A stretch of DNA of 62,818 bases, filler included, from Chrysochromulina tobinii (Eukaryota): NCBI GenBank assembly GCA_001275005.1. It is 5 parts of 5 records of this genome, joined end to end, with 100 filler letters (N's around TTAATTAATTAA, not from the genome) between each part and the next. Parts side by side here need not be neighbours in the genome. Positions count along the whole stretch, not along the records: positions 30,089 to 41,026 come from JWZX01000548.1; 4 more parts are not named here. The stretch is one strand, 5' to 3'. Of this stretch, positions 31,870 to 40,851 are shown piece after piece. The position numbers and the translations under genes are program-made. Position 1 is the first letter of the stretch; each line of letters begins with the position of its first letter. The notes under the pieces were generated by a model that worked only from the letters and a program-made list of their open reading frames with translations, ran no database searches and had not been told where the DNA came from.

Positions 31870-34800
31870 ACGAGTTGGCGACCGCCGTGCGCTACCTGAT
31901 CAACCGATCGAAGAGATACGTTGAGAGGCCAACTGCCACCAAATACCACGTGCTCTTCCAGATTTTGACGTACGCGAACATGCTGGTGTCCAAACTCGAA
32001 CCTGGGAGAGTCGAACCCAAGAAGGGCGAGCTCAACTGCCACTTCAAGGAGGAGCGCTTGCAGGCCTTCGGGTACCATAGCATCTACGATGAGGGGCGCC
32101 TGAACTTTCAGTATGAAGATACAACCCCAGAGGCCCAGGAGGAATTTGCACGGAAGCATGGACGCGACGCGCAGACGTACGCTGTGAACGGCAAGACCGC
32201 ACAGGTCTTAAAGGGGTACGAAACGACGTTCGGGCGTGCGAAGGAGGATGTGTTGGATCGAAAAATCAGCGAATTCCGCGATGATTACATGCGCATTATT
32301 GCAATCTACTTTGCAAACCGAGGCGTCGGTTCGACGAAGCTTGGGTTTGATGTCCAACAGAAGCGAACCGGCATGTTGGCAGGCCTCTGGCGCTTCAACG
32401 AAGAGCGAAACAGTCCTCAGTACGTGCAAGCGCCCGTTTGGTTCGCGAAGAAGGGCTACGAGCCCAACGCGAAGACCGGCACCCAAATTTGGCAACCTGT
32501 GTTCAAGGGCTTCGACAAAAAGAAGCTCGATGGCAACGAGCTGACTAAAATGGTTGGCAAGCCGGCCGCGCAGGCTTTTGCAAGGTACTTTCTCGACCAG
32601 ACGGACGCGTACTGGGAAAACGACGTGTTCGAGGACATTGCGCTCCCAGAATCTGACATGACGGTCCGTGAGTGGGTGACGACGCCCTGGCACCTGCACC
32701 ACTTGCCGTACCAGATGCAGTACGCTGTGTTTCGAGACGGCGAGGCGTTTTGCGAAGGCTGCAAGCGTTGCTCGCGGCCGTTTTATGAATACGAGCACTT
32801 GCTGTACTCGGTCGACAAACCCTACCTGACCACCGCGCTGTGGCAGCAACTCGACGACGACGATGGCCGACTGGCGCGCGTCCCAATCCACGACCCGCAA
32901 TTTCAATTGGAAGCGCCGAAGAAAGCGCTCTCGGCCGCCGAAATCGGGTACAAGCCCAAGGCGCCGACGAATCCGAACAAGAGGCCGATACCGATCGTCA
33001 AGGACGCGAGCACTCTCGACAAGCCGGTTTACATTAACGACGGCCAGCAGCCCGACGGCGAACCCTTCGAGCCCGAACCAGGCACGTACAACTTCAGCCT
33101 CGTCATGCTCAAAAAGGAAAACGTGCATGTGAACGACCGTAAGAAGTCGGTCTTCACCAAGGGGTACAACAGCGGCGGTGTACCGTTCCGCAAGTACACT
33201 TCACCCGCTTACTCCGAAGAGCGCAAGCACATGTACAAAGGCATGCCAAACGGCTACATGATGGTCGCGAAGACCTTCGGAAGGCCAGATCACCGGGTTG
33301 TGCGCTCGCACAAGTTTGGCAACACGTGCAGGGACTGCCAACACATCCTACAGAACGCTCCAGGCCTCTTTGAGCAGAACAACCGCTACGCGTTCGGGCC
33401 GCAAGAGCCGAACGCCGGGAAGCAGCAGTTCACGACCTTACCACGCGAGAACATGTACGACAAGCTGTTCAAGCCCGCGAAGGACCAGCGAAGAGACGAC
33501 GAAACCCTCGACGACACGCTCGAACGGATCCGCGCCTCGCTCGCCGCGCGCAACAAGCTCCCACCGGGCTGGTCGAAGATCGTCGACGTCGACATCGCAA
33601 TCAACAGAGATCCGCGGCGGGTCGAGAAGCCAAGCGCTGACACGAAACAGGCAGAGGAGGACCTCGCGTTCCTTCTGTCCACTGGACGACCACCGGCAAA
33701 TCCGGACTGGCTGAAGAACCCGGCGCTCCGGCGCAGTCTCGAGCAACTGCGGAGCAAGTTCACACACACGCGGCAGACCGAGCGTGTGCAGAGCGCGACC
33801 GGGCGGTTCGAGGCCGGGATCCAGCGGCACGAGTATCGCAACTGCATACTGCGCTACGAGTTCAAGAAAGAGGACCAAACGTTCAGCTTAGAGTGGCTCA
33901 ACCCATCGCCGGAGCTGTGCGAGGGCTTCAGCGGCGTCAGTGGTTGGGAAGCGGAGGGCCCTGATGGGAGGCTCAAATTCGACGGCAAGGAGCAGGCGTT
34001 TGGCAAGGGCTGTGCTCTTCCGGGTGACGACGCCTACTTTGGCAGGTACACAATTGCTCGGCTCAGCAAAGCGAAACGGCCCTATGCTGGCCTACCCGAC
34101 GGCAGTAAGGTCTATTACAACTGCCTGATCACGCGCCAGTATGACCCTGTGAACGACCCGACGAAGAAGAAGCGCTACCGCGTCGAGGCGTACGTGGCCA
34201 CGCTGCGAGGCGAGGAAGCCGAGGTCGTCGAGCAACCACCGGGATGCGAGTCGCAGTGGCAGGGCGACGGGTACCTCTTGTACAAGTACGAAGGACCAGG
34301 CGACCGACAAACGGAGTGGTTCCGCGATGCAAGACCGGTCTGGTACCAGCTGCGCGAACTGGTGCAGACGCGCGTCTTCATCACGTACTCGCTGCACCGA
34401 CCAGTCAGCGGCACGCGCGAGGGAGAGGACATCTTGCTCAAGATGGGCGGCGCCGTGTCGGCGCTCTTCGGCAACGACGAGTGGCTGAGCCAAATGCTCA
34501 AGTTCGGGAAGAAGCTCGCGAGGGTGCAAGTCACCGACAACGTCGGCAACACCGATTGGATCCCAATCGAGAAGCCGAACAAGGCAGAGAAGACCTTCTA
34601 CGGCGGTCGCAAGATCATCAACCAAAAGAACGTGGTGAACAACTCCTACGAGTACGACACGTTTGATACACACGTGGACTCAGTCGAGCTCGACGGCGGC
34701 GTCGAAGTCGGACCGAAGCTGGGCCACCCACACTTCCACCTTCTGCTCACGCTCACACACTTCACGTACCTGCAATTCGACTACTACACGATGAAGGTCT

Positions 34801-35105
34801 TCCTCGAGATCATGTTCAAGGGCCTGCAGACCCACCACGGCTTTCCAACGGACTTCAGGCTCGGCACGCCCGACGACCTCTTTTACGGCGACAACGAGAA
34901 CCCGTACGTCGACCTACGACTGTACCCGGCCGACAACTTCATGGAGGTCCTGCACAAGTACGTGCGCAAGAACGACGCGTTTGCAAAGGTGAGCGGCGCT
35001 TTGATGAATGTGATCGACAACACGCCGATGGAGAAGGACGGCGAGGAGGGCGACGACGAGGAAGCCGACGAGGAGGAAGAGGAGGAATTTCCTATTGGGT
35101 TTTAA
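31839..35105 (+). CDS. Large viral protein with a C-terminal rolling-circle HUH endonuclease domain; probably 5'-truncated
   Basis: RCR motif I VFITY (34374-34388), motif II EVGPKLGHPHFHLLL (34704-34748), motif III YVRK (34959-34970); Cys clusters CEGCKRC and CRDC; acidic tail. The first ~10 codons lie inside the junction repeats. Confidence 0.8.
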   Translation: MYLACILMCPDELATAVRYLINRSKRYVERPTATKYHVLFQILTYANMLVSKLEPGRVEPKKGELNCHFKEERLQAFGYHSIYDEGRLNFQYEDTTPEAQEEFARKHGRDAQTYAVNGKTAQVLKGYETTFGRAKEDVLDRKISEFRDDYMRIIAIYFANRGVGSTKLGFDVQQKRTGMLAGLWRFNEERNSPQYVQAPVWFAKKGYEPNAKTGTQIWQPVFKGFDKKKLDGNELTKMVGKPAAQAFARYFLDQTDAYWENDVFEDIALPESDMTVREWVTTPWHLHHLPYQMQYAVFRDGEAFCEGCKRCSRPFYEYEHLLYSVDKPYLTTALWQQLDDDDGRLARVPIHDPQFQLEAPKKALSAAEIGYKPKAPTNPNKRPIPIVKDASTLDKPVYINDGQQPDGEPFEPEPGTYNFSLVMLKKENVHVNDRKKSVFTKGYNSGGVPFRKYTSPAYSEERKHMYKGMPNGYMMVAKTFGRPDHRVVRSHKFGNTCRDCQHILQNAPGLFEQNNRYAFGPQEPNAGKQQFTTLPRENMYDKLFKPAKDQRRDDETLDDTLERIRASLAARNKLPPGWSKIVDVDIAINRDPRRVEKPSADTKQAEEDLAFLLSTGRPPANPDWLKNPALRRSLEQLRSKFTHTRQTERVQSATGRFEAGIQRHEYRNCILRYEFKKEDQTFSLEWLNPSPELCEGFSGVSGWEAEGPDGRLKFDGKEQAFGKGCALPGDDAYFGRYTIARLSKAKRPYAGLPDGSKVYYNCLITRQYDPVNDPTKKKRYRVEAYVATLRGEEAEVVEQPPGCESQWQGDGYLLYKYEGPGDRQTEWFRDARPVWYQLRELVQTRVFITYSLHRPVSGTREGEDILLKMGGAVSALFGNDEWLSQMLKFGKKLARVQVTDNVGNTDWIPIEKPNKAEKTFYGGRKIINQKNVVNNSYEYDTFDTHVDSVELDGGVEVGPKLGHPHFHLLLTLTHFTYLQFDYYTMKVFLEIMFKGLQTHHGFPTDFRLGTPDDLFYGDNENPYVDLRLYPADNFMEVLHKYVRKNDAFAKVSGALMNVIDNTPMEKDGEEGDDEEADEEEEEEFPIGF

Positions 35106-35506
35106 TGCCTAATGGTCCACTCGACGTCCTTCTTGTGGCTCGGCGTGGCTTTGTCGCGCATCGGCTGCGTGCCGTCGTGCTTGTAGCGGTTGACATCGTC
35201 GGTGACCGACGGACCATAGGGTCCGCTGGCCTGGGCTTGCGCGATGAGTTCCGCAAACCGAGTGTTATTACCTGCGATGTTTGCCTGTACTAGGTTCCTT
35301 GGAGGTGGGTCGCGATGTACCGGAGGTAGACGCTGTTCTGCTGCACGGACCTCGTGAACACTCGTCCCGATGAACGTCACTGGCTGCCCCTGCGTCGCTC
35401 CGGGGCCGTTGACGGCGTCCATGGGCGTTGGCGGTGGCATCAGGTGACCCATCGGAATCGGAGGCGCGGTCGGGGGTGGCGCGGGTGTGGAAGGGCTCTG
35501 TCCCAT
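35102..35506 (-). CDS. Small Pro-rich viral protein with N-myristoylation-type start
   Basis: Starts MGQSPS (MGxxxS); TTCTAAG 11 nt upstream; its stop overlaps the HUH ORF stop (TTAA at 35102-35105). Confidence 0.7.
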   Translation of the reverse strand: MGQSPSTPAPPPTAPPIPMGHLMPPPTPMDAVNGPGATQGQPVTFIGTSVHEVRAAEQRLPPVHRDPPPRNLVQANIAGNNTRFAELIAQAQASGPYGPSVTDDVNRYKHDGTQPMRDKATPSHKKDVEWTIRH

Positions 35507-35527
35507 GGCACTCTCGACTTAGAATTA

Positions 35528-35865
35528 CTAGTGTTGTACGGCGTGTTGTTGAAGGTATTCAAGGCCAGAGTGAAGGAATCCAGCTGATGCTGATCCCGAT
35601 CCAAGTGAATTTCCTTGTGTAGGGTGACCGACTAACGCAATTTCAGCAACTCCCATAGGAGTCATTGGGGGATCATGTGGTGCAGTAGGTGGGTGTGTTA
35701 AAACCTCCGATGCAAGACTTCTCGAATGAGTTTGTGCTGTGTTAATCAATGAACGGGGAGACAAGAAGGCTATGGGGGAGACAAGAAGGCTATGGGTGCG
35801 TTAGGGTTAGGTGCGGGAGGTAGTCGTGGTGGTGGGTGTTGCGCACTTGATCCAGACTGCCCCAT
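35528..35865 (-). pseudogene. Small Pro-rich viral protein (MGQSGS...) interrupted by a 20-bp tandem duplication
   Basis: GGGGAGACAAGAAGGCTATG duplicated at 35755-35794. Removing one copy fuses MGQSGSSAQHPPP...IAFLSP to RSLINTAQ...QQHAVQH*. Confidence 0.7.
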
Positions 35866-35885
35866 GACATACCTTCGATTTAGAA

Positions 35886-36176
35886 TTACACGAACATCAT
35901 CCTGCCGTACCGGGCGAGTAAGCTCAGGAGGATGAGCATCGTGAGCGCCTTTCTCGTGCCGTTGAGCACGCCCAGCTCTCGTGTAAACTTGCCGTGTTGT
36001 GCCAGTGACTCTTTCGCCGCTATGTAATCTTGATACACTTTGTGGTTCTGCCCTTCGACCGCCTCTTTCCATTCGTTGCTCATACTTTCGTAGTCCTGGA
36101 CAAATTTGGTCCAATTTGCGACGTATTCTGCGTCGGTGAGCTTCTCGGTTCGGTTCAGCTCGGTTAAGACCCCCAT
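35886..36176 (-). CDS. 96-aa helical viral protein with a C-terminal hydrophobic segment
   Basis: MGVLTELNR...ALTMLILLSLLARYGRMMFV; TTCTAGA 17 nt upstream. Confidence 0.65.
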   Translation of the reverse strand: MGVLTELNRTEKLTDAEYVANWTKFVQDYESMSNEWKEAVEGQNHKVYQDYIAAKESLAQHGKFTRELGVLNGTRKALTMLILLSLLARYGRMMFV

Positions 36177-36228
36177 CACTAACAACGTCTTACTCTAGAA
36201 AGTTCTAAACTTCAATCCGAACTGATGT

Positions 36229-36728
36229 TCACTCTGGTTCGCAAGGTTTGCCATAGTCTGGGGTGCCTGATCGGTCAAACACGCGCGACGGACGCTCCTC
36301 CAGCAGGTACACCTCGCGCTGCACCTGGCCCTTGTCCTTCTCCGGAAACGTCTGATCGCGAATCGTCTGAGCCACGATTGGCAAGACCCCCACGCCCCGA
36401 ACGTCCCGAAGACCCCCCCGCCACGTGTCGCACCCCCAGTTTCCAATCCCGACCTTCGAGGGAAACTTGGGGAGTGTCTCCACCTCGTCAACGCTTGGGA
36501 CGTAGGGATCCGGCGGCGTTTCAGATGCCACCGCTAGCATGGGCAAGAGGACGTTGAGCTGCTGCTGAGCTGCTCGCGAATCTTGCGTCCGTTTTCGACC
36601 GAATGCTTGTGATTGTAATCGCCCTCGTAGATCCACGGGTTCTGGCGGTTCGGATCGACCGTCTGCGTGTACAGGTCGTAGTCGACGTACTTGTCGATCG
36701 TGTCATACTCCACTAATGAGCTGGCCAT
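36229..36728 (-). pseudogene. Viral hypothetical protein with a 1-nt frameshift near 36565
   Basis: MASSLVEYDTIDKYVDYDLY...RKIREQL continues as QQQLNVLLPMLAV...GKPCEPE* in another frame; ATG overlaps the upstream TGA (TGATG). Confidence 0.6.
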
Positions 36729-37606
36729 CACGCGCGCCTCTGTCTGTACCATAAGAAGATTAGCACACCGCCAACCGTCACAGTCCCTATTGCGATTATC
36801 GGCATCATGCTGCCGGACGACTGTTGCTGCTCGTGGTGTCGGTGATGAGGCTGTGGCGGCGGCGGCGGGTCGCTCGTGACGCGCAGTTGGTGCTGGTCGG
36901 TTTGCAGCAGCGTGACCGGAGGGAGCACCGCCGCGTGGTCCTGATTGTACACGCGCTGTGGCTCGACCTCGCGTGCTTGGTAGGCGCTCGCGACGACTGG
37001 GATCGGTTGCGGCGCGCCCTGCGTCGCTGCGGGACCGGTGGCACTGCACGGCGTTTGAGCCATAAGAACGCCTTGATTGGCGTCGTGCACGCCCGCCGCT
37101 GGTAGCGGACTCCCGTCATAAGGGCCCACGGCCATGGGCGCAGTGAGATTTGGTGCAACGGCCGCGACGCCCGCTGCTTGCACCTGCGCGTTGGTCGAAT
37201 TTTGAACGGTCTGTGCGTGTGTCTCACCGTCCGCTGTCGTCAGGCCCGTGTAGACAGCTTGCGCCAAGTGGACTTCATTCACCGTCTGCTGCACCGTACC
37301 TCGCACCACTCCTACAACGTCACCCGAAGCCAAAGCCACTGCAGTTGAACCGGCTTGAGTCACTACGGCGCTGGCAGCTTGGCCTATCGGACCGGACGTC
37401 GCGCTGTGAACCGTCGACGAGATCTGATCGACCGCCGACTGCCCGACGACTTGCGCGGCGGCCATCCCAGCCTCTCGCGTGACCTCCCGTGCGACACTCG
37501 TCGCGACCGGCATCAAAGTGCGCCCGATCGTAGGAGCAATAGCTCTGGCACCGAAACTCAAGGCAGCGCGCCCTGCTGTCATAGCGAAGGGGACAGCAAG
37601 AAACAT
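36728..37606 (-). CDS. Ala/Thr/Gln-rich viral protein with C-terminal TM anchor
   Basis: 292 aa ending MMPIIAIGTVTVGGVLIFLWYRQRRA; TTCTGAT 14 nt upstream. Confidence 0.75.
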   Translation of the reverse strand: MFLAVPFAMTAGRAALSFGARAIAPTIGRTLMPVATSVAREVTREAGMAAAQVVGQSAVDQISSTVHSATSGPIGQAASAVVTQAGSTAVALASGDVVGVVRGTVQQTVNEVHLAQAVYTGLTTADGETHAQTVQNSTNAQVQAAGVAAVAPNLTAPMAVGPYDGSPLPAAGVHDANQGVLMAQTPCSATGPAATQGAPQPIPVVASAYQAREVEPQRVYNQDHAAVLPPVTLLQTDQHQLRVTSDPPPPPQPHHRHHEQQQSSGSMMPIIAIGTVTVGGVLIFLWYRQRRA

Positions 37607-37627
37607 GGTTTCTTACTTTAATCAGAA

Positions 37628-38218
37628 TTACTGCTTGTACACCCAAATCGCCCCACCAATGATCACACCGGCTGTGAGCAGGTACGTGACGTTCCGTACT
37701 GTGTTGGCGCCGTGTTCAATCCCGTGGCGCAAGTCGCCCGGAATGGACATGAGCCAATGCCCCGCGTCGCCCGCACCATCCAAGAAATTATCGACTGCGC
37801 TCGGAGGATCAGATCTGGGGCCTCGATGGTCGAGCAAACTCATCACACCGCCACCGACGACCGGAATCGCCGCGTACAAGGCCGCTTGCCCGAGTGTGCT
37901 TCCGACCCCACTCGTGATTCTCGAGAACATGCTCCGCGTCGGCGTCGGCGCATTCGATGGATTCGGCGTCGGCGTCGGGTGCGTCGACGGCGCTGGCGGT
38001 CCTTGGTGAGGCGGCGTCGTGCTCACCGGTGGGTGCTGGCTCGTCAGGGTAGGGTTCGATGCGTGAGGCGCAGCGGGCGGCACGGTCGCATTCCCGGTCG
38101 GCGCATTCGTCGCGTGCGCGGGCGGGTCCGGATGCGGCGTCGGTGCGGGTGGGCGGCTGGGGTTTCCGCTTGCTGGCGTTCGCGGAAGTGTCGGCAGATG
38201 AAAGGAGAAACGACCCAT
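37628..38218 (-). CDS. Pro-rich viral protein with hydrophobic central and C-terminal segments
   Basis: 196 aa ending VTYLLTAGVIIGGAIWVYKQ; TTCTGAG 13 nt upstream. Confidence 0.75.
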   Translation of the reverse strand: MGRFSFHLPTLPRTPASGNPSRPPAPTPHPDPPAHATNAPTGNATVPPAAPHASNPTLTSQHPPVSTTPPHQGPPAPSTHPTPTPNPSNAPTPTRSMFSRITSGVGSTLGQAALYAAIPVVGGGVMSLLDHRGPRSDPPSAVDNFLDGAGDAGHWLMSIPGDLRHGIEHGANTVRNVTYLLTAGVIIGGAIWVYKQ

Positions 38219-38239
38219 TCTTCACCGAGCGCTCAGAAT

Positions 38240-38903
38240 TTACAGCGCGTCGGCATTCGGCGGTTTGTTCACTGGCTTCCCCACTCGTCCGGACCGCCTT
38301 TGCAATCTCCGGATTCTGGTTCGCCGCGTGGACTGTCACGACCGTCGCGCCGATCGCGAGTGCGAGGCGCCACTCGGGCGGCGTGTACATCCCGGTGTTG
38401 TACTTGATCATCAGCTCGTCGATGATCGGCTGGAACTCGTGCATGTTCTGCTGCGTCACGTTGCCGAGCCCGGTGAGGTTGAGGCCCAGCGGATTCCAGT
38501 AATCGGTCGAGCGCTCGAGGCACGTCATGGCCATGCACAGGCCCGACGCGCCAAAGTTGACGCCCTGGCTGCTCCCGAGCTGCAGCTCGAGGTAGTGCAG
38601 CTCGTCCTCGATCTCCTCGGGCGTGCTCAGCTTCTTGTTGCGCGACTTGAGGTGTGCGAAGCGCTCGCGGTACGCGCTGATCTTGTCGAGCATCAAGCGC
38701 AGCTGCTCGGGCGAGGGAGGGAGCGGCTCGGGCGGCGCGGCCGGGGCTTCGAGCGCCGCGGGCAGGCTGCCACGCTTCGGCTCCTTGGGCTCCTTCGGAG
38801 GCGCGCCGCCGCCCTTCTTCTTCGACGCGCGCTCCTCCTGCGCGGCGCCGAGGACGGCCGGCTCGAGTTCGATGAGGTTCAACGGATCGTAAATTTCGGG
38901 CAT
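38240..38903 (-). CDS. Homolog of a conserved Nucleocytoviricota helical protein family (DUF5767-like); 1-nt frameshift near the 3' end
   Basis: MAMTCLERSTDYWNPLGLNLTG...QQNMHEFQPIIDELMIKY...PPEWRLALAIG.TVVTVHAAN resembles, from memory, the NCLDV consensus GIEFLN..FDPF...LDG...N...Y..IF.EL.EKY...PE.KL...LGGS....H.TN. Deleting one base at about 38284 gives ...KPVNKPPNADAL* ending at 38240, just before the next gene's motif. Confidence 0.65.
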
Positions 38904-38935
38904 CGCTGTCTACTCTGACACTCAGAAACTTTGAC

Positions 38936-39262
38936 TCACTCGACAACATCAATAAACAGCTTCACATACCGCCAAAACTTCTCGTGCATGTGCTCGCGCC
39001 CCTGCACTTCGTTCAGGAGCTGCACGACCGGCTCGAAGCCGGCCTGGCCCGTCGCGAGCGCGATCAGCGCGTCCCAATCGCGCTGCGCCTCGATGTGCTT
39101 GTTCGAGTGCAGCATCGTTGCGAAGGTCGTGAGCTCGAGCTCGAGGCGCGCATCGACCGCCGCGACGTAGTCCATCGCTGCGGACGCGCCGAGCTCCTCC
39201 TGCACCCACGCGGCCATGTTGTGCATCTTGCTCTTGAGGAAGGAGCCGACGGTGTTCATCAT
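38936..39262 (-). CDS. 108-aa helical viral hypothetical protein
   Basis: Clean ORF ending HEKFWRYVKLFIDVVE; ATG overlaps the upstream TGA (TGATG at 39260-39264). Confidence 0.7.
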   Translation of the reverse strand: MMNTVGSFLKSKMHNMAAWVQEELGASAAMDYVAAVDARLELELTTFATMLHSNKHIEAQRDWDALIALATGQAGFEPVVQLLNEVQGREHMHEKFWRYVKLFIDVVE

Positions 39263-39507
39263 CAGATCAGGTAGGTGATCAGTGCCGCACTCAATGGGAC
39301 GGCTAGAAAATGATAGTCAGTGGCTTGCGGGTCGTTTGAGAGGCCCCGCTGCGGGCGCAGCTCGCCCGCCTCTGTGAACGCCGACTTTGGCAGCCCGGCC
39401 GTGAACGCAATGATGCCGACGAGGACGCCGGCGACGAACGCGCGCTTGAGCGGCGTCCCGAGCCCGAGCGCGACCATCGCGCCGCGCACTCCGATCTCTT
39501 CGTCCAT
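39262..39507 (-). CDS. 81-aa two-TM viral membrane protein
   Basis: TM - P.SAF.EAGELRP....T - TM layout recalls small NCLDV membrane proteins (P..F...G..R.F); TTCTAAG 14 nt upstream. Confidence 0.65.
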   Translation of the reverse strand: MDEEIGVRGAMVALGLGTPLKRAFVAGVLVGIIAFTAGLPKSAFTEAGELRPQRGLSNDPQATDYHFLAVPLSAALITYLI

Positions 39508-39531
39508 GTACGCACACGACGCTTAGAATAA

Positions 39532-40512
39532 TTAGATACGGACAGAACGGCCCGCGCTGCCGGCATCACCCACGAATGGAAGTGTATTCGCATTCGTTCT
39601 TGCGTTGTGGTGTACGGCAAGTCTATCATTGTCGATTTGGTACATGTTCCTAGCCATTTGCTCTCGAGTACCACCAGCACTGAGAGGCATGTCGGCACGC
39701 GAAACCGCCCAGGATGTTCCAAGCGTTGGCTGCCGACCCGTCTTCGCTGAATTGAAGGGCAGACCAAGCTTATCTTGGTCATTGAACTTTGTCGCAAACG
39801 CCAAGTACGACAGAATGCCCGGTGCGTATTTATCCGCAAGTCTCGTGCCGGTTCGAACGAGAGACGGACCTTGAAGCTTGCCCTGATCGACCATGTACTT
39901 GAAGTACAGGTCGTCGAACGTGTTGATCCCCCACGAGTCGATCATCTGATTACGAAGCGCGTACTCGTAATCGGCGTGCGCCTGTTGCAAACGCCGATTC
40001 ACATACTCAGGGTACACTTCCATCAAAAACTTCATACTCCCGGGTTGGCGGGGGTCAATGAAGGATTCAACGTACTGGTCAAACTTTGCGAGCTCGGAGG
40101 TGTCCTCCATGTACTTGAGGTACTGGACCTCCTCGTCCGTGATCGGATCGGTGCGCTGAACGCCCGGGGACTGTAAATTTTGAACAGACGCGTTGATGCC
40201 ATCTCGGATCGCCTGGCGTCGGGCCAAATTATCCTTTGCCGCTGAGGGACCCACGTACGAGACGGGGAGTTGCGAGGTCCCATTTGGCATCCAATTTGGC
40301 AAAGTAGTCGGCCTATCCCTACCATTGTCGCCACCGATGTACAGATGCTCAGCGTAGCCCCCTTCAGGAAAGCTTGGTGTCACGTACTGTTGCTGGAGTT
40401 CCAAGGCTCGCGCGGCGTTTTGGACTCCCATCGTCGGATTGGTTCGGGATCCACTCGACCCCGAAATCGACGGCATGCCGCTCGGTGCAGCATCAAGCCC
40501 TGTAGTAGCCAT
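39532..40512 (-). CDS. 326-aa viral hypothetical protein (candidate virion component)
   Basis: Intronless ORF with an ordered helical core FDQYVESFIDPRQPGSMKFLMEVYPEYVNRR...WGINTFDDLYFKYMVDQG; family not recognised. Confidence 0.75.
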   Translation of the reverse strand: MATTGLDAAPSGMPSISGSSGSRTNPTMGVQNAARALELQQQYVTPSFPEGGYAEHLYIGGDNGRDRPTTLPNWMPNGTSQLPVSYVGPSAAKDNLARRQAIRDGINASVQNLQSPGVQRTDPITDEEVQYLKYMEDTSELAKFDQYVESFIDPRQPGSMKFLMEVYPEYVNRRLQQAHADYEYALRNQMIDSWGINTFDDLYFKYMVDQGKLQGPSLVRTGTRLADKYAPGILSYLAFATKFNDQDKLGLPFNSAKTGRQPTLGTSWAVSRADMPLSAGGTREQMARNMYQIDNDRLAVHHNARTNANTLPFVGDAGSAGRSVRI

Positions 40513-40539
40513 GAGATTCTACATCTGCGACTTGGAAAA

Positions 40540-40851
40540 TCAACAGTCTTCGGTTTGAATCTTGAACCAGAGTCCGACCTTTGCGGTATTCGTGGAGACG
40601 GGCTTGAAGGTTCCGGTCGCAGTGTCGTACGTGCGGAGCGTCAAAGTCATCGACGAGAGGTGGCGCGGCGTGAAGGTGTGCGTGTGGATTGGCGTGTGGA
40701 CGTACCCGAGCGTGCCGAGCACGCAGAAGACCTTCTCGCGAAGCGTCTGCTCCGTCGCATTGTGCACGATCGTCGTCGTGTTGCCCTCAACTTCGTCGAT
40801 GTTTAGGAGGAGCGGCGCGAGGGTCGGATTCAAAGCAGGTGCCGCCATCAT
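40540..40851 (-). CDS. Penton/minor-capsid-like beta-rich protein (single-jelly-roll-like, short)
   Basis: LLLNIDEV...KVFCVL...HTFTPRHLSSMTLTLRTYD..G...GLWFKIQT resembles the L.IdE / F.P..L..lti.l / terminal beta-strand pattern of NCLDV and PLV pentons. Confidence 0.5.
   Translation of the reverse strand: MMAAPALNPTLAPLLLNIDEVEGNTTTIVHNATEQTLREKVFCVLGTLGYVHTPIHTHTFTPRHLSSMTLTLRTYDTATGTFKPVSTNTAKVGLWFKIQTEDC

Noticed and set aside
31839..35105. Helitron RepHel or CRESS-DNA virus Rep
   Set aside because: No Pif1 or SF3 helicase (no Walker A) follows the HUH domain, and the neighbours are NCLDV-like genes rather than a single capsid gene or Helitron ends.
37809..38903. 364-aa ORF as listed in the track
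   Set aside because: Its last ~140 aa overlap the 37628-38218 gene and look like off-frame sequence; a 1-nt frameshift near 38284 gives a natural end at 38240.
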